A stretch of 60,000 nt of DNA from Laetmonice hystrix. Taxonomy: Eukaryota. Where the stretch lies: the NCBI GenBank assembly GCA_965235115.1, contig OZ249436.1, forward strand, positions 44,518,001 to 44,578,000. The letters run 5' to 3'. The notes beneath the pieces are model-generated. The model was not told the origin of the DNA, ran no database searches, and saw nothing but the letters and a program-made list of their open reading frames with translations. Positions 13,561 through 27,083 of this stretch are shown piece by piece. The translations under genes and the position numbers were made by a program. The stretch's first letter is position 1. Each line of letters begins with the position of its first letter.

Positions 13561-13802
13561 TAAAGCACCAGGCCAATGATACGTCCTTATCAATCCTGAA
13601 TAAAGCACAAGGCCAATGATACGTTCTTACCAATCCTGAATAAAGCACCAGGCCAATGATACGTCCTTACCAATCCTGAATAAAGCACAAGGCCAATGAT
13701 ACGTTCTTACCAATCCTGAATAAAGCACCAGGCCAATGATACGTTCTTACCAATCCTGAATAAAGCACCAGGCCAATGATACGTCCTTACCAATCCTGAA
13801 TA
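13561..13802. repeat. Minisatellite, 40-bp unit, 6 copies
   Basis: TAAAGCACCAGGCCAATGATACGTCCTTACCAATCCTGAA. Confidence 0.95.
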
Positions 13803-14296
13803 TTTGGAAAATCTTAACTGTCTTTTGTTTTCTATTATCATGTATAGCCCTAGTGTCGTCTACACGTAGCCAATACATATAATAGTGTAAGTCTCATTAC
13901 TTGAATGTCACTTGCATAAAATTGCCTTTTTTTTATTAATTCTTTTGTTCATTATTTGTTTCTTTTGTTTTTCTTTTTTATAGTGGAAATAATATTGTTA
14001 TGAAACGTAAAGGTACGTTTTTACGAGTCCACGTGAAAAATCCTCTGTACGTTTCTTATCATATATCCTATAATCATTGTGGAGAAAAATATGCGGCTTG
14101 CGGCGTAGTTATTATTGCTGCAGTTGATTTATTGATGTCTTTTTTCTGTACGTGGAATTAATATGTCCCTTCACTAATTATAATGGCCAGCTCCCACGGA
14201 CACAAGACATGCTCGATCGGTGCCCGTCCACTGTAAACCTTCCTTGTATTGTGGGATTTAATTAACCTGTGGTCAACTCTTTGACATATTTATTAC

Positions 14297-14396
14297 TCTG
14301 TCTCTCTCTATCTCTGTCTCTGACTGTCTCTCTGTCTCTCTCTCTGACTGTCTCTCTGTCTCTCTGTCTCTCTCTATCTCTGTCTCTGACTGTCTC

Positions 14397-14437
<41 letters not shown>

Positions 14438-14756
14438 GACTGTCTCTGTCTCTCTGACTGTCTCTCTGTTTCTGCTTCTCTATGTCTCTGACTCTCTCTA
14501 TCTATCTCTCTGACTGTCTCTGTGTCTCTCTCTGACTGTCTCTCTGTCTCTGTCTCTCTATATCTCTGACTCTCTCTGTCGCTGTCTCTCTATCTATCTC
14601 TCTGACTGTCTCTCTGTCTCTCTCTCTGACTTTCTCTCTGTCTCTCTCTGTCTCTCTGTCTCTCCCTGACTGTCTCTCTCTGACTGCCTTTCTGTCTCTC
14701 TCTGACTGTCTCTCTGTCTCTCTCTGACTGTCTCTCCGTCTCTGTTTCTCTATGTC

Positions 14757-14793
<37 letters not shown>
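14297..14793. repeat. Compound (TC)/(TCTGAC) microsatellite
   Basis: Pyrimidine-rich low-complexity tract. Confidence 0.95.
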
Positions 14794-14796
<3 letters not shown>

Positions 14797-15794
14797 GGAT
14801 ACGAGTATTCTAAAGGTCACTGATGAACAGGTAGATCTATGGACCAGACCAATAAATTCTAATCTCCGGTCCGTAGATAAGTTAGTATTTTTAGAAGCTG
14901 TTATGGAAGGTTAACGACCTTGAGCGTCCCGTTGTGGGAAGGTCACGTCGTATAGGGACTGACCAGAGTCCGGTTTTAATCTGACCACATCCGGTCATCA
15001 GCTGGACATCATTGCCCCAGGCTACGTCACCGCAGCCTTCAGACCGAAGCTCACAAAACATTGAGAATCGCACTGTTCGCAGTACGTGTGACCTTTGACC
15101 CCTGACGTGACCTTTTTTGTCGTGATCTTTTGTCACCACCTTTACAGCCGTTGAACTGGTCAGGTCACAGTTGTTGCTGACGTCACCAAAACATGAGGCG
15201 TTATATAGTAATGGTACTTAAAAGGATTTTTAGCCTTGTTCAACCAAAGTAAAGCCTAACAGTTACTGTTCTATGAATGTTTGTGGAGTCTGATGAGAGT
15301 TAGCCCTGGTTAGCTACCTTGTAAATATTCTGTAAGTGGACATAATTACATTGGTTCGTGTCACCTCGGCTCTCGCCCTGTGGCCATCCTCTAGCTCTGA
15401 GGAGTTGGAGGTGAGTAATAAAACATGTTCGTGGTGCAATCAGAATTTGGTTAATCGGATTTTCAAGCGAGACAAAAACTTTATTTGATGATATCACCCG
15501 TCATCTGAATAGAGTTTACATTAGGTTAAACGATTTTACAAAGTTTGACCGTACTTTAATATCACGCATACAATAAACATAAAAAGTATGGTAGACCTAG
15601 TTGTACCCGATCTCCAGGTGCCTGAGTCACTTTTTTTCTCGTCGAGGGTATAGCCAGTTCTGTGTCAGACCAAAGACCAACTCCTGATATTTTATTTTAG
15701 GAATCGGACAGGGCCTTATGTTTCTGGGTACCAAGAAACGATGACTGGAGGGGTAGGTTTATTATAGTCAGAGGAAATAGGCCAAAGGGGTTAT

Positions 15795-15824
15795 ACGTAC
15801 GTACGTACGTACGTACGTACGTAC
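15795..15824. repeat. (TACG)n microsatellite
   Basis: Direct inspection. The unit is self-complementary. Confidence 0.85.
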
Positions 15825-17150
15825 GGCTGGGTTGGATGGCATTACCTTAAATAACCTTTGTCCTTTGCGTTTTCTAGAATCTTTGAATCATTAGGAATAA
15901 CGCGTTTTGCCTAATCGAACCAAGAACTGAGCCACAAAGTGAACAAACAGAAGAAATGCTTTGGCGGTCCATACCGACTTACACTCAGCACCGAGGGTCA
16001 ATGGCCTAGAAAGTTGACACTTAGCGTCCTTATCTACACGGCAGTGTTGACACCTAGACCAAGGTTAATACTGCTTCTGGTACCAACTCCTTGACACTGT
16101 CAGGCCAAACAAACCAGCCATGTTCCTCTCCTCCAACTCAAGTCCTATTCATTGTTCTGGCCCCTTCCTTGTATTGATTCCTGGTAACGGCTCGGCCACA
16201 AAGTACAGGTTCCAGACTCAATCGTTATGTCTGACCTACACGGCTAATAACCTCTAACTGCGTGGGGCGCTGCTTGATATTGTTCCTTGCCAAGAAACAC
16301 TTTTTGGCCTTAAGAGAGGCAGATAATCCGGTAAGTAAACCATCTGCCTGGTACTATGCCGGACTTGACCCAGGCGGGGAGGGAGCGCTGGGCCCTGCCT
16401 TTCTCAACCACAAACTCCAGCTTGTTAAGTTCCTGATCTGTCAACAATACATTGTTTTTACGACAGTCGGAAAGTGGAACAACACTAACCAGATTTCACG
16501 CACCGGGATCGTCAGGAAAAAACGTAACTTACTACAAGTATGTTTGTATTAACAGTTCCCGGGAATAATATTATCGGGTTGGGGTCTTTACCCTCTTTAT
16601 TCCCACCCAGTAGATAATGGTGTGAGAAAATTCTATAATTTTGTGTACGTTGCTATGTTTGCTTGTGTTGAGCAGGGGGGTATGTTACTTAAATACACAT
16701 GTACTGTATAATTCCAATTAGTATAGGTCCTATATAATTATGGTAATTGCTTATAACTGCAAAACCACAGTTTATTATATTATAAATCGAGACCCTTCAC
16801 ATTATCAATGACAGACATTATAAGTCGTCTGTTACTATCAAATATCGAGATCGTAAAGTGTCTACTACAAGCCATACGATGTCAGGAAGAATAGTGCGAG
16901 TCGACAGATTGCCTTTGGTATTTAAAATAGCTGATCAAAGGTAGGAAGCCGTGTAATTTGTCAGTTAACAGACCATATCTGACCTTGGACCGCCAAGCGT
17001 GTCCGGACTAGTACCTTGTTCTGCCTCGACCTACAGATCTTTGTCATATTGTGTTGGGACAAGTGGAACGGACTGTGGTCAGGTGTAGTATACGGTGCCA
17101 AACTGTAGTGAGAACTCACACGATATTAATCAGTAACATACCCTGACATT

Positions 17151-17326
17151 TAGGGGCGTACCCAGGGGGGTTTCCAAGTATCCTGGACCCCCCCCCCCCC
17201 CCAACTTGGCAATATTATAACATGACAACATGGAAATTTTATCATTTGGAACCCCCCCCCCCCGACCAATCTTTTGGAACCTCCCCCCCCCCACCTCCCA
17301 CAGACCAATCCTGGATACGGCAGCTG
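17151..17326. mobile_element. MITE with 5-bp TSD
   Basis: Imperfect TIR TAGGGGCGTACCCAGG / CCTGGATACGGCAGCTG and TSD ACATT. Shares GTTTCCAAGTATCC with the 39197 element. Confidence 0.7.
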
Positions 17327-20300
17327 ACATTGTAAGGTATTAGGCCTATTGAGAAGTTTGGAGTGGGAGCTCCCTTTGTGGGCCCCTCCCTCCTTGAAAG
17401 TCTCTCTCTCTATCTATCTATATATCTCTCGTCCACTCTCTCTCTATCTATCTCTTTCTCTCTTTGTCTCTTTCTCTCTCCCCCCCCCCTCTCTTTGTCT
17501 GTCGTTCGTTGTCTCTTTCTCTATTTTTTTCACTAAGGCGTCACCCATTGATTAAGGCGTCAATGTTTCAGCAGGGACGCCATAAAGAATCTTTTTGCGG
17601 AGTGTCCCATGCGAACATACCAACAATACATCATTATTATAAAGTAGCCGCATGGGGGCATACGGTCAGCCTCATCCCGTTACTATGGTAACCTCCTATC
17701 ACTGCCAGAATCTTTCCGTTTTTTTTCCGAGCTGCCATATCGTATTACAATGAAGATGGGGTTATCAGTGCCCTCAGCAGTAGGATAAAAACGACAATGT
17801 TATTCCAGAACATGGCGTTATCTTCTCATTGTTGAGACCGTGGTAGGTTTTTGTAAGCTGCTCTCGGGTAATGATGACCCAGACGACGCTCTGCCATCCC
17901 TCGGCCTGGGCCAACACTACAAACCATTCCCAAACCATCTGCTTCCTGGGAATTAGCGGCATTACGCAGAAACATGGTCATGTTTACTGTCATTCTGAAA
18001 AACTTGTCTCTTTAATGGGGCAACGAGGGTTATAGTCTCGACGTCAGGGTAGATGGAAGTGGCATCTCAACGCCGAGTTCATACGGCAAATTTACACAGG
18101 AGGTTCTGTTAAAAAGGGAGAATAATATACCTTGTGCATACAAAGTCAGAAACCCGATACACCACCTTTAACGATACTAGCTCTCTCAATATGTAGTCGC
18201 CTATCAAATAAAGAAATCCGACCTCTGAAACATCAGAGTTTCTATGTGTATGTAACTGAAGAAGTTTAGTGAGAGTCAGCTGTTGTAAAGGATGGGCGAG
18301 TGTCCATCCCAGAGCATGGGGTTAGGTTTCTGTGTGTACAGAGATCGCTATACAAAACACGGATAACTGGACGGCAAACGCTGGATTCCCTACCCCCTCC
18401 CACCCCCGGCGTCTCTCCCCATGAAGGCCCTGAATGTACACAATGGTGACCGGTTAGCAGACTGTCATCCTGTCTGGTACCAGCCGTTCCTTGTTCTCTC
18501 ATCACCTTCCAGGATTTACCCTGCTACCACCACCAGAAATTGTTTGACCCCGAGTGAACTGTTAACGATCGATCAAATCTCTTCAAAGCGGGCTGTCGGC
18601 GGGGTGGGGTTTGCGGTGGGGGTGGGGTAGTGGTGGGGTGAGGGTGGGTGTGGGCGGGGGTGCCATGTATTCTGTGGAAGCATATACCACGCTGCACGCT
18701 TACAAAGTGCCCCAATAGGTCTGCCATTATGAAATGGATCGGTACAATATACCTCTGGCGTATCTGATATCAATAAACTATTGATTTAATTTTTCTGGAA
18801 GGTTGGCCAGACAGGGAGACAAACAGACAGACGGCCGGACAGACAGACAGACAAGAAAGGAATTTCTGGGGGTTCCAGGCTTGAGGTCAACCTTAATTTG
18901 ACCCTCATTGTCCCTGTGTGTGAGGGAGGCTATAATCTTCCCGAACCTGAAGCGGGTCAGCTATTATAAGCGAATCACCAATCTTGGTGCACGTCCTAAA
19001 TATCTAATACCGGATCCATGGGGGACCACGCCCCCCCCCCCCCCCCCCTTGACCAAAAAAGCCCGAGAGTGTGGACTGAAGAACCTATATAGGACCGGTA
19101 TCCTGGCTGTCACAGGGCCCCAAAAAGTCATAGAAGTTTCTGAGTGGCTATTTTTCACAGTTTTCTGGGGAGAATCCCCAGACCCCATATTCGGCGCTCG
19201 TAAGTTGTGCTTCGCCCCCCTCAGATTTTCTCCCCCTCTGCCTCCAACTTCACTAGGCTTAACCCTCTCCCACGCCCCAAGCCCCACACCCACACCCATC
19301 ACCACCCTAGTAAATTACACGACTGCTCATTATAATTCTGTTCTAATGACGCACATTTAAAGCGTATTCTATATACGCCGACTTGGAAGGCTAATTTTAT
19401 ACAAGCGGACAATGTGCCACTGATTGAGAACAGTCATGTTTGCGACTTCCTACGTTTATGACAGTTTGTCACTGACGTCGAGCGCTTGCATGGATGTTAG
19501 ACTCAGGTAATCTGTCAGGATTTACTGGGATTAGCGGCGCATATATCACAGACTTTTAACTCGGCTATAAATCTAATATTCCAGCAACTTTAGATAAATT
19601 CTACCATTATTAAATAAGCCTCATCTCCAATTTACAAATCAGCTAAACATCACTTCCGACTATAAATCTCTGAGGGGGCTACAAATAGGCCCAGACTTCT
19701 ACAGATAGGCCTAGACTTCTACAGATAGGCCTATGCCCTACATTAGACTATAGGCCTAACTCTAATGGCAGATACATTACAGAGCATCCTGATTTCATCC
19801 CTGGTAACTAAATCCACCCCACCATGCAGATTTTCCCTAAATTTTCGCTGGTGATCCTCCTATACGGCTCGGATTTTCCTGGGTGATTTCACCCCTTTTT
19901 TCAAATCCTACTGTAGCCCTAATCTACAAAAACAATAGAAGTTATAAATTGGAGACATTGCCGGCTAACGAGTGACCGATGGCTTTGGCACAGCAGTGGT
20001 TATTCCCAAGAGTTAGGCGAACCGACAGGCACCGCTGGCCTGGATGGCGGCCAGTTGCCGAGCGAGACATTTTGTGGTGTTCAGATCCTATTCAAACCGG
20101 TTAAGTTCCGGCGAAGAGGGCCCGGCTCCGTCAGGTCAAAGGACAGGATGGCAAGCCGGGCCGGTGGGGGTATGGGGTGAGGGGTTGGGGGGGGGGGCGG
20201 TGCGGTGGACCTCTTTGTGACAGGATGTCATGTCGGCCCGGCTCCCGGAAACCTCCCCCAGATCGAGGCTCGCGACGTAAAGTCGAACGTCGCCCTCTCA

Positions 20301-21069
20301 CAGTCAGACGTCGCCTTCATCATGAATGCGTTCGCCACTAATCACTCGCTGTTCATTGACCGTTGAGCGTGTTGAACAGGGTTTTTTTCTACATCGAAAT
20401 CCTCATTTGACACGAGAGAAGCGGGCTGAGACGTGTCCCGGCGCTAACGATGGTCCGTGAGGTCGGCAGACTCAGCGGGAGGCCACTAGGGGGCGTGACA
20501 CGCCGACTTCCACACCCTCAACCCCCAACGCCCCACACCTTCCGCTTTCGTGTCCAGGGCAAAGACAAATTCGCTGCCTTTCACTGGGATGGCTCTGTAA
20601 GGGGTGACAACATGATGAACCCTCTAAAAACGACCTCAGGCTGTCAGTTCACATTATCAACCCTTGGACTGTTGCGGCAAGTTGTATCAATGATCAAACA
20701 CTCGGAATAAAGACCCAGCGGGCCCTGTGTGGATAATAGAACATGGCCGAGATCTAAATAAAGACGACCCTTTTATAATCACAGACTGAAAGAACATCTC
20801 ATGAAACACAAAAAGTCCTCGCTGTTTTATCACAAAGATGCCTGCCCTATCGTAAATCCATATTTCCTGGCTGCATATCTCTGGAATGAGTCCAGTGTCA
20901 GGGCCCCATGTGGGAATCATTTCTCGAGGCCAAACACAAATGACACCATCCTCAACGCATCTGCCCGCATTTTATAAACAACACGCAATGTCTGCATCCA
21001 GATACAAACATTCCCGTATAGGTTAAAATGTAGGTCTAGGTCCTACAAATCTCCAGGAATAAAATGACA

Positions 21070-21607
21070 CAGGGACGGACCCAGGACTATGCAAATTGGG
21101 GAGGGTCACACCTTCATTAGGGGGCATAGGCGCCAGAAGCGGGGGGGCAGGGGGGGCGACCGCCCCCTCAATAATCTGGTTGGGGGGGGGCATCGCCCCC
21201 CCAATAATCTGTGATCATGAATGAAAAAATGCAGGTTTTTCCACATACAGTAGGCCTGTTGAAACCATGACTTGGGTGCGTCAAAGACTGGGTCGATTGT
21301 CCTAAAGATACATTGTAATCTATTCATTCACGCCTTCAAAACATAAAAAATCCTACCTCAAAATGGTGTAGAAAAGCGCTTTAGGGTGTGTAGTTTTCAA
21401 AATTTTCGGGCGGAGGGCCGCCGACCCAGCTTTACTAAACATGTTGTATAGCCTATGACTTTCGCTTCAGCTTTCTTGCCCCCCCAATAATAATTTGCTT
21501 CCGGCGCCCCTGTTAGGGGGTGGGGCATTTCCCCCAGAATTTTAGCAAGTCAGTGGTGGGGGGCTAAGCCCCAAAGCACCCCCCCCCCCTCTATGGATCC
21601 GTCACTG
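21070..21607. mobile_element. Older MITE interrupted by a nested insertion
   Basis: TIR CAGGGACGGACCC / GGATCCGTCACTG. The TSD is not preserved. Confidence 0.55.
21125..21512. mobile_element. hAT-like MITE with 8-bp TSD, nested in the previous element
   Basis: TIR CATAGGCGCCAGAAGC / GCTTCCGGCGCCCCTG, with perfect TSD TTAGGGGG at 21117-21124 and 21513-21520. Confidence 0.8.
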
Positions 21608-21669
21608 CATCATCCTTTATCTTTTTTACTGAAGGTTTGGGATTGAGGAAGGAAAATGTCAATACTTAC

Positions 21670-21782
21670 TCGTATCCTTCGAATGACGGGCCGGGCATCC
21701 CACTCGTCAACGACAGAGTTGAGAAGCAACTCTTCTTCGTGACCAGATGGGGTATAAAATCCACGTACGACAGGTTGGGCAT
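21670..21782 (-). CDS. Candidate first coding exon (MPNLSYVDFIPHLVTKKSCFSTLSLTSGMPGPSFEGY..) of an unidentified large minus-strand gene
   Basis: acaATG start, 37 codons plus 2 nt, then a consensus GTAAGT donor. It lies at the 3' end of a putative exon of about 920 nt that starts at the acceptor ttttcgcag| (22591). No homology recognised. Confidence 0.4.
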
Positions 21783-24675
21783 TGTGTCCGTGATTTAGTC
21801 GTCTGACTACATCAGGATATACTTCTGTATGTCAGAAATTACAAGGGAGAGTTGTTTGTGAGCGGTTGGAGTGCGCGGGTTGGAGACCGAGCGAAGATAC
21901 CGTCCTGGGGCGGGGACATGGTCGTGAGAATCCAAGCGGCGTGACTCTGGCAGTAACGTCGTGACAACATGAGGTGTCCCCAGTCTATAGATTCCTGCTC
22001 CTATAGCAGCATTAACTGACCTCCACCTTGCCAGCCTCCCCAGCTCGTTCTCCTCCTGCCTATAGGCCAGGAGGGACAAGGCTATTGTATATTGTCCCGT
22101 GACATTACATCCATTCAATGGATGGCTGCTATAGATTCTCACATCGTCAATGTAATTCCAGGCGGCACAGTCCCGGCGGATGAACCTTGAATCTTGATGT
22201 AGAGGTTTTCCTTGGGTTGGCAGTGGATCCAGAGATTGGCACGGCTTGGATTCTCCTCTCTGCCCCTTCCCGGTGGCGATAGCAGCGGTAGAATAAAGAG
22301 CAGAAGCTGCTTGCTTCTTTGCGTGTCCGATCTACTCTAAGTGTAGCGTCGTGGCGCCAATGCGGGCTGCAGGACGAGGGCGGCTGGCTGGCTGGCGGTT
22401 CAGGGCGTCATGAGGATACGGCCGTGATGCAGGTCCGCTTCTGCGCCTGCTGCGCCTGCTGCGCCTGCTGCTGCTGCGATCGCGGCTGCTGTTTCCACTC
22501 TACCAAGGCCCGTGATGATGCAAGCAGTGGCGGGAATGGTAACCCTCACCAAACCTCAGGCCAGGCTGGGGTGTTTAACCGTCTTCATCTCCTGCGAAAA
22601 CATGAATGAAAGAAATAAAATTACTCCCGACCTTACATTGACATGACTGTATTACATGGGTTTGTATGATAAACAACAGCACATGGTATACCATCTGTGG
22701 GACATGTCGTCAACACGTCGCCCAGCCGCCGGCGGTCATGGAGATCGCTCACATCCAACGACGACACTGTAATCACTTACGGATGCTCATATCCAGGAGG
22801 CTGTTATAAAAATAACTATGGGAATCCCTATACGTCATCAACAACACCTGTCCAATAATCTCGTTTGATGTCAGTGTCGGCCTGTGTGATTCCCGATAAA
22901 CTGATGTTGTCAGTGAGGTTTTAAATACCGTGATATATGGGCCTGCTGGTGCATGAACAGTGCATTGACTGACCGCGCAGCCTGTGTTAACGAGTGCACG
23001 TCCCGAACCTGGCCACGGCCTGTCTGGGTGCACAGCTAGTCTGGCAGCAACCCACAACCCACAAACCAATACACAACCGGGGCATCCAACCAGCCAACCA
23101 GCTAACCAAGCAACTAACCGCACACTGCGATCAATAATGCCGTTATCCCAGCTCCCTCCACCTGACATACATAGGTCTACATACATGTACTCATCCGACC
23201 CATTAACTTACACCAGTGTACTCATTCATATTTTATCATATATACCACATTCTCTTTTAACACGACACTGAGTGCATTCTGCCAGCCTTGGTTTTGTTAT
23301 CCCTCACTGACAGTATGTTTGGCAGTGTATCTAGATCAGCCTGATCCCGTAGAGATAGGATGGTTTTAATTGTTTGGAGACCACATCCTGGTAGCAATGT
23401 GTGCCGATGTAACTCTTCCCTGGGACACTGAGATGGTTCCAATGATGGAACAGCAATTTCAGCGACATGACAGCTAGGTCATAAAAAAGGCTAGCCCAGG
23501 AATTGCCATTCTGCACGGCCCAGACCTTGCATTACCAAGGCAACAGACATCGTAGCCTACTGGGTACATAATGTACCGTCCTTCCTAGAACTCCACAGCG
23601 GGGATCGTATTTTTTTCTTTATGGACATAAGGGTCCCTTGCCCTGCCTTGACTCACATTACGTGTGTGTGTCACAGTGTGTGTTTAACCCACACTTTGTG
23701 TAACACGCGTGGGATCCCGAGTTTCTGGGACGTGTCTGTCCATACATGTCGGCTGAGGAGACGTTTCACATCGTCAGCAGACCATTGTCATGAGTGGGTC
23801 GAATGTTGTATGAATTTACCTGTAGCACCTTAAGGACTGGCGCCGTCTCGGCGTGCTGTGCCGGCCTGTCGGGCCGTCCTCCCCGTCCATCATGTATTCT
23901 GTCTCCGTGTCCCGGAGACTGATGAGTATTGTACGTTCTCTGTGTCCTTCTAGGATCGACCAGCTGCTGTTGACAGCCCGCGCCCACTAGCCAAGATCTG
24001 TGTCGACACGGTGGTAGGCCGACGACTTGTGACTACCTACTACTTCAATAGGACACACGTGTCTGCGAGGTTGAGATTGGTAAGGTGTGAAGGTCTGGTT
24101 CACTAACCGACTGACACTGTCAGCGCCCATACTGCCTCAACTCACACGCATGGCACTCCCCCACCCCCACCCCCCGACCCCACGACGACGACGACGTCGT
24201 CCGGCGTCGGCTGATCATGCGGCCCAATCAAACCATTCATAATTATAAGCCTACCTGTACCTGAATCCGCAGACGAATCCACATGGTCCCATGCCGAGAT
24301 TTTGTGACTGTTTGATGATGACCCTTACTGTCGACATCGTCATAATGTATGTAGGTATCCCACGCATGGCTGCCGTCCCCCGCCAAGATCGTTTGTTGAT
24401 AGACTCATTCCAGATAGATGATTGTGTATATATGTGGTGAGGTCTATTCACCATGTTATGTAAGTGTCACATGAGCGCACAACTGCACTATACCAGACAG
24501 AGGTTATGTCACTGCGCTTTGCATGCCAGTCGACTGCAGTGATGATACTGGTGCCCCCATTGGCCCTCATCTCGGGGGCTATTGTCAGGCCACTTATAAT
24601 ATCATTCAGTATCGTCTACAGTTGTTTGGTATGATTACACAACGGGCTCGCTTGACGGGTAATGTTATAGACCTG

Positions 24676-24818
24676 CAGGAGCGAATACAGGATTTTGGAA
24701 GGGTGGGGTCTAACGGGGTCAATTCAGGAATCTCTATTACTATAGGGGGCCTATGGTAGGAGAGGAAAAATTTGTCAAGGGGGGTCCTGCCCCCTGGCTC
24801 CCCCAGATCCACCCCCTG
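24676..24818. mobile_element. Degenerate CAG-ended MITE
   Basis: CAGGAGCGAATACAGG ... CCCAGATCCACCCCCTG termini resemble those of the other CAGGGGCGGATCCAG-type elements. Confidence 0.5.
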
Positions 24819-25145
24819 ACCGTGGCTGGTTGTCGACCTGTTCTGATGTAACAGTCAGCGTTGATCAACAGTTCGATCATGCACCCCCTTACAACCTGAC
24901 GGTGCCCATCTATTATACATGGTTTGCCTGAGGCGATGGCGGCCTTGCCAGAAGTGTGTCTCAAACCGACCTCGACGCCAACCACTTGTTTCTCAGCCAT
25001 CTCAAAGACATCGGCCGCCGGCGCCTGCCCAACCTAAGTCCTTTCCAATCGATCTAACCGACTGCAGAAATACCATATTGATTGAGTCGACGCACTGAGA
25101 AGTATATATTTTATGTAGTCAATTTCCATTCTTTCTCCGGCCAAG

Positions 25146-25384
25146 ATCCCACACTTACCTGTCATATTCCCCACTCACATGTCCTATTCTCCACTTACCT
25201 GTCCTATTGCCTAGCGCATAAAATTTCACATTTCAAACAGCTCAGCATGTCCTATTCAAAATTTGACAGATACACGAAGCTAGGTTTTGGTTTTGAAAGG
25301 GCTGTTCTGTTACCAATGTAGTACCTTTTCGGACTTAGACAATTTTCGGCCACTTTGAGAATAGGTCAGGTATAAGTGTGGGAT
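25146..25384. mobile_element. Degenerate inverted-repeat element (probable MITE core)
   Basis: ATCCCACACTTACCTGTCATATTC is paired with GAATAGGTCAGGTATAAGTGTGGGAT, and TGTCCTATT subrepeats occur inside. Confidence 0.45.
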
Positions 25385-27049
25385 TAAGGTATATACTGAG
25401 CATAGACCTATAGATTTACGACACATAATTATTGGAAAAACTGTTGTTACCAACTTCCATGTTGTATGTGGCCTATCTACTCATGACGAAAACACGAGGT
25501 AAACAGCGTTTGTTGTTGATATATATCTGATATATAACCTGCGTTCTATCTGCCGTCCACGTGCGCGAGTGGTGTGTGATATCAAAACCAGACGAACACA
25601 GCAGATATAGGTCACACTACCCGGCCCATTAAAGCGATCAGAGAGTATCTCTCGTTTTAATGATTCCAACATGAAGACATTGGCTGTTAGGTTAAATAAA
25701 GACTTATATTACAAATCAATAATTGTATACTCACAGAAATGGAGAAATCTATCATGAAATTCAACATTGGTTCATCGCCCGATGAATTTCATTGGCTGTT
25801 CAAGTCAATGCCAGGTATAGAGCAGCCATGAGACGATCGCTTCATAGCGATAACAGACAACTGTAATTTTGAAAAAGTCGAGGTTAGACGTTTTCCCAAC
25901 TAGTTGTTGTAATCCTCTCTAAGCACGCTATACCAGCTCCCACAACACCCAAACTGCCCCCGGGACTCCGCCTTAAGCTCTAGAACTTTGAGTTAGATTA
26001 GCGGCACTAGCTTCAAGCAACGATAGGATTATAAAAAACAAAACTAACATTTACTCGTGGATTTGAGGGCCCAGCTATGGGCCCAGTCAGGGTATTGGCC
26101 TGTGGACTTCCGGTTGGCGAGGCCGATGGGCAAATATCTTGGGGCTGGTATTGAAAACGTAACAACCGGCGGTGGTTGGGGTAATTTCGTCCCTGTGAGT
26201 ATGCAGAGGTCAGAAGGTTATCTCGTGAGGGTGCGAGAGAGCGTGAGAATCGGCTAGCTGGTCCGTCAGGGAGCAGGTATTGTGACGTGCGGCCTACAAG
26301 GATACGTTTTGAGCCATGATATTCAGCCAGGAAGGCGGGTTTGTGCGACGATAGTCACTGACTCCGAGGATGAACTGTAAATGCCCTTTCACACACGCGA
26401 TCGTAATGTCAGATTACGTGGTATATGACAGGATTTATCTCGTGCGAGCTTGTTAGAATAGCTGCCATAATATTCTGATCACGCTCTGAAAAAAAACTTT
26501 ATCGGGTCGTGTAATGTTCTGTTGAGAATGTGCCCCAGAAAAATAGGCTTTCTAGAGGGCATAGCAGTGACATTGACATACAGTCTGTCAACATGTAACT
26601 GTCATATAACTATATGTGATGTTAGTATGAACATCTGCCAGCAAACATTTGAGGTAACTTCAGTGTGACTGTATACCCCACCAGATCAGACCCTTGTCGT
26701 TATTTGCCTACATACGGGCACTTCTGAACGTTGTTCGCCCACACTACACGGGTCGTTGACTCGGCTCCCTGGGATCGAGTGGATACTGCGGTCGTAACAA
26801 GGATACGATCTGTACGGGATCATCTCGAGTGTCGAGACTTGATGGCTGTCAAGCCACATCAACCAGAAGTTGTTTATCTACACCAAGGAAGAGACTTTCT
26901 GTAAACACCGGACAATGAAACAAACAATCCGAACAGGGACTACGTCCTGCCCCCTACCGGCCGTTTCCCTAACTAATTCCTTGGTCGGGTGCGTGCGAGC
27001 AACTGCATGCGGAAGGACAGGGATAATTTCGGAGTAAACCGCCCTCACA

Positions 27050-27083
27050 TTCTTCTTCTTCTTCTTCTTCTTCTTCTTCTTCT
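27050..27083. repeat. (TTC)n microsatellite
   Basis: Direct inspection. Confidence 0.9.

Noticed and set aside
26791..26802. GTCGTAACAAGG matching the conserved 3' end of SSU rRNA
   Set aside because: It is only 12 nt and the flanks show no rRNA similarity, so a chance match is likely.
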